The position numbers and the translations under genes were made by a program. Positions 11,146 to 19,945 of a stretch of 64,000 nt of DNA are shown here, in pieces. Numbering within the stretch: position 1 is the stretch's first letter; every line of letters begins with the position of its first letter. The notes beneath the pieces were generated by a model that saw only the letters and a program-made list of their open reading frames with translations, was not told where the DNA came from and did no database searches. The stretch comes from Candidatus Heimdallarchaeota archaeon. GTDB lineage: Archaea > Asgardarchaeota > Heimdallarchaeia > Hodarchaeales > Hodarchaeaceae. The stretch spans positions 505,173-569,172 of the forward strand of contig CP070695.1 of assembly GCA_020353515.1 (NCBI GenBank), read 5' to 3'.

Positions 11146-11412
11146 ATGAGCGAAAAAGATACACCACCATCAGATGTAGAATTGGCGAAAGGGAAAGAAG
11201 GATTAGAACACGTTGAAACTAAAGCAGCAGTTTCGGAACGTAAGGTAGTACTTGTATGTAATAAATGTGGTGCTGAGCAAGATTTCCCAGTCTGTGAGGA
11301 ATGTGGAGAACCAATGGATTTTGAAGAAAGAAAGTTCAGCTGTGCCTCATGTGGGAAAGACGCAGCAGTTCCAGCGCATTGTGGTGAGCCCATGGCTCCT
11401 AAAATAGTATAA
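11146..11412 (+). CDS. Small Zn-finger protein (CxxC...CxxC...CxxC...HC) with N-terminal beta-thymosin/WH2-like segment
   Basis: AGGAG RBS 9 nt before ATG 11146; 88 aa MSEKDTPPSDVELAKGKEGLEHVETK...CNKC...CEEC...CASC...HCGEPM. Confidence 0.8.
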   Translation: MSEKDTPPSDVELAKGKEGLEHVETKAAVSERKVVLVCNKCGAEQDFPVCEECGEPMDFEERKFSCASCGKDAAVPAHCGEPMAPKIV

Positions 11413-11486
11413 GTCTACTTGAACATACTTCCATTTCATACTTATGGTTCCATCCCCATATCAAACCATTATAACTCCATTCCACC

Positions 11487-11501
11487 CTTTTATTTTTTTT
11501 C
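11487..11501 (+). terminator. Oligo-T archaeal terminator-like tract
   Basis: TTTTATTTTTTTT-type run about 75 nt after the stop at 11412, between convergent genes. Confidence 0.4.
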
Positions 11502-11540
11502 ACAAAGAATGCTTCAATTAAGAGATTTCATTTCACGTTT

Positions 11541-13223
11541 TTAAATTTGTCCTAATAGTAGAGGTAGAATACCTGTTAATTGAAGGATTAACAAATAGAT
11601 AAAACCAAGTACTAACAATACTGCGCTCAAAGGGGCCATTTTTTTTACATAATCCATAAAAGTGACTGGATGCCCTTCTTGTTGAAGTACTTGAACACCT
11701 ATGACTCCTGTAACTGTTCCAAAGGGAGTAAATCCTCCACCAAAGGTAACTGCATATAAAAGAGTAAACCACAGCAATCCTCCTACAGGAAATCCAAAAA
11801 CTGTCTGGCCAGAAAACTCTGGGTTATCTAGAAGAATGCGAATAACTTCTGCTAACGCAATTGTAATGGGAATATTTGCAACAATAGCACTAAGGATTGA
11901 AATAACCGTGATGATTATGATTGCAAGTATAAGAGGATCTCCACCAGATACCTGAAGCATTATTTGAGCTAAAACCTCAAGAACACCTGAGATTTGCAAT
12001 GCACCAACCAAAACAAAAAGACCAATGAAAAATAGGATTGAATCAAGTTCAATCTCATGGATTACACTATCAATGTCAGCTTTCGTGATAATAATAGCAA
12101 GGATTGCTCCCGTGATTGCAACAAATCCCACTGATAAGCCAATATTACTAGATAATACTAATCCAACTACCACAAATCCTAATACAACTGAACCTAGATA
12201 TAGCTTTCTTCTTGAGTCTACTACTGACCATTCATCCAAGAAACTTACTATTGTAGGATCGATTCTCATATCTTCTGTGACAGTAAGTTCTTTTTTAAAG
12301 ATCAAGAAAATATATCCAATTGATATTGCGATTGCAACTCCGATAAAGACAGAATTGACAAGAGAAAATGTCATAAATGGGATGTTACCAGCTTTCTTAC
12401 TAGCAATCAAGATACCAGGCAGAGAACCTATCACAGTTATTATTCCAGCCATTACAGTGGCTGCAACCTCGGCTAATATGTAGGGTTTAGGATTTAGATC
12501 CAGTCCACGTGTTACAGTGATAGTTATACTACTAAGTAAGATGATAGCGGTTGTATTATCCAGTAAAGCTGATAATATCAAGGTGAGGAAGAATACTAGC
12601 ACTAAGAGTCTTTTAGGTGTTCCCTGAGATGCTTTAATTGTCCGAATAGACACCATATCAAAGAGGCCAGTGTCTGAAAGCACTGCAACAAGTAAACTCA
12701 TCCCAAAAACAATAGATATAACTTCCCATTCGATAAATGAACCAAATAGGGCCACTTCAAAAAAGAGATCTGGAGCCTCTGCAAGTTCTACAAGCTGTTC
12801 TAATGTTAATGGCAATTTTCGACCAATTTCTTTTGATAACTGCTCTGCTGTTAAACTGTCCAAATGTTCATGTTCGAGCCCTCTTAAGTACTCTAAAGGT
12901 AATAACTGGTCGAGAAATATGATCATTAACATAACAGAAAGAGCACTACCAAAAAGAATGACCCGAAGCTTTTCTTCCTCCGCTAATGAAAGAAATATAA
13001 AAACGACAACAAAAAAAAGGACAATCAAAATTTGAACTTCAGTATGAGTAAAAACATGAGGAGGAGCAATAAATAACAAACTCAATATCACAGCTATACC
13101 AGTTAGAAAAATGGCAGGTATTGTAAATTTTTCTGAAACCTTTTCACCTTTGTCATCCCAAACCCAGAGAAAAACGCTAATGACAAAACCAATCACTGAA
13201 ACAATGGTTACCCAGGTTAACAA
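11541..13223 (-). CDS. ArsB/NhaD/SLC13-type (P-protein-like) ion transporter permease
   Basis: Polytopic; LSALLDNTTAIIL, LFFIGLFVLVGAL, SAIVANIP and GGGFTPFG motifs. Confidence 0.85.
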   Translation of the reverse strand: MLTWVTIVSVIGFVISVFLWVWDDKGEKVSEKFTIPAIFLTGIAVILSLLFIAPPHVFTHTEVQILIVLFFVVVFIFLSLAEEEKLRVILFGSALSVMLMIIFLDQLLPLEYLRGLEHEHLDSLTAEQLSKEIGRKLPLTLEQLVELAEAPDLFFEVALFGSFIEWEVISIVFGMSLLVAVLSDTGLFDMVSIRTIKASQGTPKRLLVLVFFLTLILSALLDNTTAIILLSSITITVTRGLDLNPKPYILAEVAATVMAGIITVIGSLPGILIASKKAGNIPFMTFSLVNSVFIGVAIAISIGYIFLIFKKELTVTEDMRIDPTIVSFLDEWSVVDSRRKLYLGSVVLGFVVVGLVLSSNIGLSVGFVAITGAILAIIITKADIDSVIHEIELDSILFFIGLFVLVGALQISGVLEVLAQIMLQVSGGDPLILAIIIITVISILSAIVANIPITIALAEVIRILLDNPEFSGQTVFGFPVGGLLWFTLLYAVTFGGGFTPFGTVTGVIGVQVLQQEGHPVTFMDYVKKMAPLSAVLLVLGFIYLLILQLTGILPLLLGQI

Positions 13224-13385
13224 ATCGTTACAAACCTTCTACTATCCTGAATCAAACTCTGTATAGCAATTCTATTATGTTCTTATATAGCAAACGAAAT
13301 ATTATAAGATTTACTGTCATATATTTGAGAAGTATTTTAAAGAAGAATTTCAAACGTACAAAGGTTAATATCAAATTTTGAGCAA

Positions 13386-14411
13386 TTATTTAAGAAAAGG
13401 ATCTATAATAGACTTTGCTGCTGAATAGGGATCAGTTTTTTTTGTTATAATACCATTTAGTATTTCTTCCCATTTTTGTTTATTCATCAAATTATCAAGA
13501 ATATTTTCAAAAAATTCTACCTTTAAAATCTCCAAGATTTCATTCTTTCTGCGGGTCAATTCGCGTTCATGACTAAAAACCTTATTGGTTTTTAAGTGTT
13601 CATTAAACCTTAAAATAGTCTCTGTCAGTTCAGTAATCCCTGTTTTATCCTTGTTTGAAGTAGAGATGACTGGAATATTCCAATGTTCTTCTTCTTTTAC
13701 AGATGGATCAATACTTAATAACAATTTCAGCTCATTAACTATTTCTTGGGCTCCAGGACGATCTGCTTTATTTACGACATATATATCAGCAATTTCCATA
13801 ATCCCCGCTTTTATTGCTTGAACTGCATCACCAGTTCCTGGAATTCCTAAAACACAGCAGCAGTGAGCTGTTTTAACAATTTCTACCTCACTTTGGCCTG
13901 CTCCAACTGTCTCAACTAAAATGATATCGTATCCACTAGCATCTAAAACACGGATTGCATCCATGGTGGCACGAGATAACCCACCTAAGCTCCCACGAGA
14001 CCCCATTGAGCGAATGAAAACTCCTGAATCAGTCTGTACATCATCCATCCGAATTCGATCACCCAGAAGTGCTCCACCACTAAATGGAGATGTTGGATCA
14101 ACAGCAATTATTCCAACTTTCTTGTGATATTTACGGAATTCTATGGCAAGATTGTTAATTAATGTTGACTTTCCAGATCCTGGAGGGCCAGTTATACCTA
14201 CGATGAATGCGTTTCCTGTTGCATGAAAAATATACTTAATAAAATCGGCACATCTGTCTGGTTGATTTTCGACTAGTGAAATTGCCTGTGCAATGGCACG
14301 TCGATTCCCAGCTAGAACTTTATTAACCAGATCTTGCAATTCAGAGGCTCCAAATATCATCATCCTTATAAAAGTTGCATTTTTAAAAAAGGGGAGAAGA
14401 GTCTCTCTCAT
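13386..14411 (-). CDS. meaB: Methylmalonyl-CoA mutase-associated GTPase MeaB/ArgK
   Basis: GITGPPGSGKST, AVDPTSPFSGGALLGDRIRM, ETVGAGQSE and NKAD motifs; the true start may be the internal MM. Confidence 0.93.
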   Translation of the reverse strand: MRETLLPFFKNATFIRMMIFGASELQDLVNKVLAGNRRAIAQAISLVENQPDRCADFIKYIFHATGNAFIVGITGPPGSGKSTLINNLAIEFRKYHKKVGIIAVDPTSPFSGGALLGDRIRMDDVQTDSGVFIRSMGSRGSLGGLSRATMDAIRVLDASGYDIILVETVGAGQSEVEIVKTAHCCCVLGIPGTGDAVQAIKAGIMEIADIYVVNKADRPGAQEIVNELKLLLSIDPSVKEEEHWNIPVISTSNKDKTGITELTETILRFNEHLKTNKVFSHERELTRRKNEILEILKVEFFENILDNLMNKQKWEEILNGIITKKTDPYSAAKSIIDPFLK

Positions 14412-14614
14412 AAGAACCTGTCGATAATTACAAGGAGACCATACAAAATCCCAGAAAATACAATTCCTACAATGATTGCAAAACCTGCTGTCAAGATGTC
14501 AACTACAAATAATGCTTGAAACAATGCAAAAAGGGCAATGACCCAGATAATGATTAAACCTGCAATTAGGAAGAATTTCTTCCAAGTTAATTGCTTTAGA
14601 AAACTCAAATACAC
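14408..14614 (-). CDS. Small 2-TM membrane protein (paralog of 15907..16116)
   Basis: Two hydrophobic helices; aligns end to end with the 69-aa ORF; GGAG RBS upstream. Confidence 0.75.
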   Translation of the reverse strand: MYLSFLKQLTWKKFFLIAGLIIIWVIALFALFQALFVVDILTAGFAIIVGIVFSGILYGLLVIIDRFL

Positions 14615-14639
14615 ATACTCCTTGTGATTTACTTGATAT

Positions 14640-15872
14640 TCAATTCTGTTTCGCTTCTTTATCTTTCCTCCGCTTTAATTTGAGAGAAGTAATTAACCCT
14701 TTTTCTTTCATAACCTTTTTTCTTAAGTTTGATTCGGTCATGGAGAAAAATTTACGCCCAAATTTTTTAACTTTCTTCCAATCGATTGAGCATGCTAGTC
14801 CTGCCTCCTGAGGTAGTTCTAAATACCCTTCTTTTGGTATTATTGGAGACTCTAAAATTCCATCGCGAAATTCTGGTATCCATGAACCTGGTTCATGCGG
14901 AAACTCTAATGGAAATTCACGATCGGTTAGAGCAGATGTATGGAGATTAATCCATAATCCAACACCATTTGTCCATGTATGTGGACTGAACCCGAGATTT
15001 CTATTTTTGACACTATTTATGACTTTTAATGTATCATGAAAACCAAAGACTGTTACATCTGGTTGATATAGATCTAGACTGTCAAAATGTAAAAACATCC
15101 GAGTTTCATGCCACCCAGCGTTTAATTCCGCACCTGCAATTTTAATAACGCTAGCTTTACGCAGCTCAGCATACTCTTCATATTTATGCATTTCTAATGG
15201 TTCTTCCAACCACCAAATATTTTGATCCTCAATTAATTCGACAAATCGTTGAGCACGATCAAGATCCCACGCAGGTATTCGATCTACAATAGTAACTAAC
15301 CACCCTTGATTAGCATCGATCATTAAAGGAAATTCTTGATCCACCTTGGATCGTGTTTCTTTGATAACCTGTACATCGTCATCTAAAGTTTTCGCTTTGA
15401 CCCGAAGTTTAACACCTTTGTAATCAGCCTCTTGTGCTTGTTTGATTACCTTCGCATGCTGTTTTACCTGACATGTCGCTCCAGTAGACCAATAAACAGG
15501 GATGGGGGCATCTTTCCCGCCTAACATTTTCCATACTGGAACATCCTCCACTTGGGCTTTAATATCATAAAACGCTGCTTCCATCCAATAATTACGCCAA
15601 CCCAAGAACGAAGCTTCAGTTACTCGTTGATGAGCAAGATCAAGATCACAGGGATCCAAACCTAAAATATAAGGGGCTAAAAGACCCCCCAAACCCTCAC
15701 GCTCTTCCCCAAATGCCACCCCTGCTGCAATTCCAGTAATATCAGCATCTGTTGATAATCGAAGAAGAGTGAACCGATTGTGAGTCTGAGGATAGCCTGG
15801 AATCCACGAGGGATAGAATGTAGATTTTAATGGGATTGAAATATGAAACAGTTCAACTTTAGTTATTTTCAA
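14640..15872 (-). CDS. Mandelate racemase/muconate lactonizing enzyme (enolase superfamily)
   Basis: DANQG, LEEP, GAE, QPD and PHTW motifs; N-terminal capping domain. Confidence 0.9.
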   Translation of the reverse strand: MKITKVELFHISIPLKSTFYPSWIPGYPQTHNRFTLLRLSTDADITGIAAGVAFGEEREGLGGLLAPYILGLDPCDLDLAHQRVTEASFLGWRNYWMEAAFYDIKAQVEDVPVWKMLGGKDAPIPVYWSTGATCQVKQHAKVIKQAQEADYKGVKLRVKAKTLDDDVQVIKETRSKVDQEFPLMIDANQGWLVTIVDRIPAWDLDRAQRFVELIEDQNIWWLEEPLEMHKYEEYAELRKASVIKIAGAELNAGWHETRMFLHFDSLDLYQPDVTVFGFHDTLKVINSVKNRNLGFSPHTWTNGVGLWINLHTSALTDREFPLEFPHEPGSWIPEFRDGILESPIIPKEGYLELPQEAGLACSIDWKKVKKFGRKFFSMTESNLRKKVMKEKGLITSLKLKRRKDKEAKQN

Positions 15873-15906
15873 AGCTTATCACTTGAAATTGAAAGGGGTC
15901 TAGAGT

Positions 15907-16116
15907 TTAGAATATTCTTTCAACGATCGCAATGAGAATCAAAAGCACTCCAGTTGCAATGACTCCAATAAACAAGGCGAAGCCTATAGTATTCATGTCA
16001 TTATTTCCGAAAGCATTAAAAGAAACAAATGCGACAGATGCCCAAATAATCAATAATCCTCCAATGAGGAAGTACTCTCTCCACGTGAATCTGCTCAAAA
16101 ATCCTTTATCACTCAA
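15907..16116 (-). CDS. Small 2-TM membrane protein (paralog of 14408..14614)
   Basis: GAGGT RBS before TTG; shared pattern FL...TW...FLI.GL.IIW...GFA...G...G.L.......RF/IF. Confidence 0.75.
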   Translation of the reverse strand: MSDKGFLSRFTWREYFLIGGLLIIWASVAFVSFNAFGNNDMNTIGFALFIGVIATGVLLILIAIVERIF

Positions 16117-16283
16117 ATAAACTACCTCACACTAAATATTCCAAATGAGAAGTTTTTCTATCTTTATTTTATGGATGTATATAAAACTAGGTATTAATCT
16201 GTTGTATTCCTTTTATTCCATGAAAAAAATCTAGATTCAGGTATTGAACTCAACTAGAAATTCTTACACCACAACATATCTTA

Positions 16284-17005
16284 CTAATCTATTGTATCTG
16301 TGATGGTATCCTCAGTAATTGGAAAATCAAAATGATAAATTTTATTCAGGAAAGCCAAGATCCCTGCAATAATTATCGTATAATACCCCACATTCATCAC
16401 TAAGTTAATAAAGCTGGAAATAACCACTGTCTGCCAAATATCCTGATTAAAAACTGGAGTTAGGACAAAAAGGGAGAACGAAGTAATCTGGGAAAAAACG
16501 ACAGCACAAACAAAACTTACTAAAAGAATTTTTACATGTGGCGTAAATATAGATAAACTCCTCCTAGGTTTATAAGTGCTGGAATTCCCTTCATTCTAAA
16601 ATTACAGCAATATTTATCGTAATAGAGGTATAAAAAACTCGATGCAATTCCTAATCCTAGATCTCTGACAAAATTTGACAAAGAAATCTGAATCCACTCT
16701 CCTGTGATGAGCGGAATATCTATCCAAAAGTAACTGCCCTCAGGAAAAGGAATTATGCCTGTAAAATAATATTCTACTAACCAAAGACTTTCTATAAAAA
16801 TCAGGAATTGAGAAACTCATAAAATCACAAATAGGATTAAGAAGCGGCCATAAAGTAGCTGAGTAGAGATTCTCTGTTTGGAAGCTTGCATTAGCCTTAG
16901 TTGCTTAACCTTTTCCCGCTGTATAATTAGAAAAAACACTATTATGGCAAAAAACCTAGTAATCTGGATAAATGAATAAATTATTACTTCTGGTGGAATT
17001 TCCAT
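16284..17005 (-). pseudogene. Degraded multi-TM membrane protein gene
   Basis: The 62-aa ORF ends at TGA 16817-16819, but the frame continues (VSQFLIFIESLWLVEYYFTGIIPFPEGSYFW...). After frameshift(s) near 16560-16640 a hydrophobic C-terminal part (KILLVSFVCAVVFSQ...TDTID*) ends at 16284. Confidence 0.65.
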
Positions 17006-17150
17006 ATTTATTTAATTCTAGTTGGAAATAAAAACCCTTTCATCAATTGAATTGAGGAAAATAAAGAGGCTTCCCTAAAATCTTCATACTTGTTTCCATT
17101 CTCAGGCTCATTAAAAAAGTAGTATGTATATTCTTGCTAAGTAAATATTA

Positions 17151-17963
17151 TCATCGTTTTAGAAAATTCAAGGACTTTTTAACCGTTGGATCTCCTTGGC
17201 CATCAAATAGAAGAGTGATCGGAGTGATGCTAGTAACTTTCTTCTTTAAAACGGCATAAGCGTCAGTATTCTTAGGAATATCAAGCGTTTCACCCCAAAT
17301 CCAATAATAAGGAACTCCTCTAGGATCTTCTCGGCGGATTGTATTATCTCTATACTTTGTTTTTGCCATTGGACAAATCTCAATTGGTGTATCCTTGGAG
17401 ATGGTGTTAGGGAAGTTAACATTAAGAAAACCCACCCCTTCAGGGAGACCATGGTCTAGAACCTTCTCTATGATTTCACAAGCTGTTTCTGCAGCAATTT
17501 TCATACCTGGGGGATCAGCAAAGTCATCAAAAAAGAGATGTTCATCCACATCCATAGAAAATGCGATAGCAGGAAAACCAAGAAGTGCTGCTTCGAATGA
17601 TACCGCACATGTTCCAGAAGTTAGAATAGAATGAACACTGGTGTTTTCTCCTGCATTAATTCCTGAAACAATGAGATCAAAAGGAGACTTTCCACCATTA
17701 GCACGTTGATAGACTCCATGAATCACAGCATCCGCTGGAGTTCCAGTAGTTCGCCACCCAACTTCACCATCAAGATATGACAGAGGAACCTCTTGCATTC
17801 TAACAGGCTGATCGAAAGTAATTGCTTTCCCCTCTGCAGAGCGTTGAGACCGAGGAGCAATAATAGTTATGTCCCATTTACGTCGATGTATCGCACTAGC
17901 CAGAGAACGAATTCCAGTAGAGTAAATTCCATCATCATTGGATAGAAGTATATCAGGGGTCAT
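17151..17963 (-). CDS. surE: 5'/3'-nucleotidase SurE
   Basis: ILLSNDDG, GTPAD, SGINAGEN, SGT, NVNFP and DPRGVPYYW motifs; ATG at 17963. Confidence 0.93.
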   Translation of the reverse strand: MTPDILLSNDDGIYSTGIRSLASAIHRRKWDITIIAPRSQRSAEGKAITFDQPVRMQEVPLSYLDGEVGWRTTGTPADAVIHGVYQRANGGKSPFDLIVSGINAGENTSVHSILTSGTCAVSFEAALLGFPAIAFSMDVDEHLFFDDFADPPGMKIAAETACEIIEKVLDHGLPEGVGFLNVNFPNTISKDTPIEICPMAKTKYRDNTIRREDPRGVPYYWIWGETLDIPKNTDAYAVLKKKVTSITPITLLFDGQGDPTVKKSLNFLKR

Positions 17964-18142
17964 TGTCTGTCGCCATATAGAAGTTTGTTTCCACAAAATC
18001 AATTTTATTGATACATAATAACACTATTGATAGAATTATTTCTTCCAATAGCAGAAAACAGCGAAAGAAGGGTGATATTCAAGAGGCATATAAAGCCTGG
18101 ATTCTATGTCAGGGTGGAAATTATATTCGTAATTAGCCAAGA

Positions 18143-19846
18143 TTATGAATCCCATTTTCCTTCGGATCTCAGTTTTTGTGCAATCTCTTCTCCCTGCTTT
18201 TTCAAAATCATATAATCAGTTTTACCAACTCGGGTAAGAGGAATTTTTCCTGTTTTCAGTATCTCAAAATGGCTTGGTCGTTTGTATGCTGCGATATTTT
18301 TTACAGCTTCATCTAATTCTGCTATTGAGAGCTCCTGTCCTTCAATTTTCTCAACAAAAGCCATTATTCCTTCAGTGAAAACTTCATGAGGAACACCAAC
18401 ACAAGCGACTGTACCAACCTTCCCTTTAAACGACTGTTCAACAAAATCTTCAACCTCAGTTGGAAACACATTATAACCCTTAGGTTTTATGATAAACTTG
18501 GCCCGTCCAGCGAACTGAAGCCCTTTCTCCCCATAGGAACCTAAATCACCAGAATAACAGTAACCATCTGTTGATATAGTCTTTTGTGTGTTTTCTTCAT
18601 CCCCTAAATACCCCAGAAACACTTGAGGTCCTGAAAAACAGATCTCTCCGACTTCTCCTGGGGCTTTTTCATCACCGGCAGATCCATCTTGCTTCATAGG
18701 ATCTCTAATTGAAATTGGGCTAATAAGCATATCATAACCAATACTAGCTAAAATATCATCAACTGTACCCCCATGGGGAGTATAAGTCAAGAAACCAGCA
18801 CTTTCCGTTAAACCAAAGCCACTACCCATTTCTGGAGCCATTGTTGACAATTTCTCAAGGAATGGGCGAGTAACAGCCTGACCCCCATAAATAGCGAATC
18901 TAAGCGAAGAAATATCATAATCATTATAGTTAGGAAGTCTCCATTGCATTGCAAAGAGTGCAGGAATCTGACCAAGTACTGTTACATTATATTTCTGCAC
19001 CGCATCTAGAGTTTTTTCAGCATCGAAAATATGGAGGATCACACTAATACCACCTCCATAAATTGTGGTCGCTAATTGTTCAGTAGTGCAACCAACATGG
19101 CTTGGGGGAAGATTAACACACATAATGTCTTTCTCATCCATTGCAAAACCTACAAGAAGGCCTATGTTCTGGACCAAGATATTTTCATGAGAAAGGAGTG
19201 CAGGTTTAGGAAAACCTGTGGAACCAGTTGTAAAGATGATTAAGCATGGATCATCTTTTTCTACCTGCTTTTGAGCTTTCTTCACCTTCCTAGTGATCAG
19301 TGATTTAATGTAGGTTCCTTTAATTCCTTTGATAAAATCTGATATCCCTATAGCTCCCTCCATAATAAGATCAGCTTCTTTTTGAAACTGTACCCAGTAT
19401 TGACAGACATATTTATGATCCTTCATCACTTCAGCAATCATTGGTCGAAAGTCTGCTCGCTCAGTCATCCCTAAAAAGAAATAAACCTTAGGTTTTATCT
19501 TCGCAAAATTTCTACTTATTTCCTGAGCTTTTAACCTTAGATCTAATGGGGCTATTATTACTCCGATACGATAGCACGCGTACATTAAATAAACATGTTC
19601 TTTTAAGAGTGGTAGTGAAGTAGCTACAATATCCCCTTTCCTTAATCCAATGGAAAGTAATTTTGCGGCAAATGCTTTGGATTTAGTGGCAAAATCTTTC
19701 CAAGTAACTTCCTCCCCAGTGTCATATTCAATTAGGGCAATTTCAGAACCCTTTACTTTTGAGAAGTGATCTACATAATCAAACATCCGTGGAAGTAGTT
19801 CATTATATCTTTTCTTACATTCTTCATCCATGGCTGGGTTTTTCAT
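18143..19846 (-). CDS. Class I adenylate-forming enzyme (acyl-CoA synthetase)
   Basis: FTTGSTGFPK, FGLTE, SGDLG and VGK motifs. Confidence 0.9.
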   Translation of the reverse strand: MKNPAMDEECKKRYNELLPRMFDYVDHFSKVKGSEIALIEYDTGEEVTWKDFATKSKAFAAKLLSIGLRKGDIVATSLPLLKEHVYLMYACYRIGVIIAPLDLRLKAQEISRNFAKIKPKVYFFLGMTERADFRPMIAEVMKDHKYVCQYWVQFQKEADLIMEGAIGISDFIKGIKGTYIKSLITRKVKKAQKQVEKDDPCLIIFTTGSTGFPKPALLSHENILVQNIGLLVGFAMDEKDIMCVNLPPSHVGCTTEQLATTIYGGGISVILHIFDAEKTLDAVQKYNVTVLGQIPALFAMQWRLPNYNDYDISSLRFAIYGGQAVTRPFLEKLSTMAPEMGSGFGLTESAGFLTYTPHGGTVDDILASIGYDMLISPISIRDPMKQDGSAGDEKAPGEVGEICFSGPQVFLGYLGDEENTQKTISTDGYCYSGDLGSYGEKGLQFAGRAKFIIKPKGYNVFPTEVEDFVEQSFKGKVGTVACVGVPHEVFTEGIMAFVEKIEGQELSIAELDEAVKNIAAYKRPSHFEILKTGKIPLTRVGKTDYMILKKQGEEIAQKLRSEGKWDS

Positions 19847-19945
19847 TTAAGTAACCTCATCTTGTAATTATTTGTTCAAAATTCTTTCATAAAGAAATAA
19901 TCAAATCATCTAGTAATATCAATATTTCTAAGTAATGTAGCTTTA

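Noticed and set aside
16817-16819. In-frame TGA (also at 29513-29515) as selenocysteine or recoding
   Set aside because: Neither context is a redox-active Cys site, further frameshift or truncation accompanies each, and TGA is an ordinary stop in many genes here.
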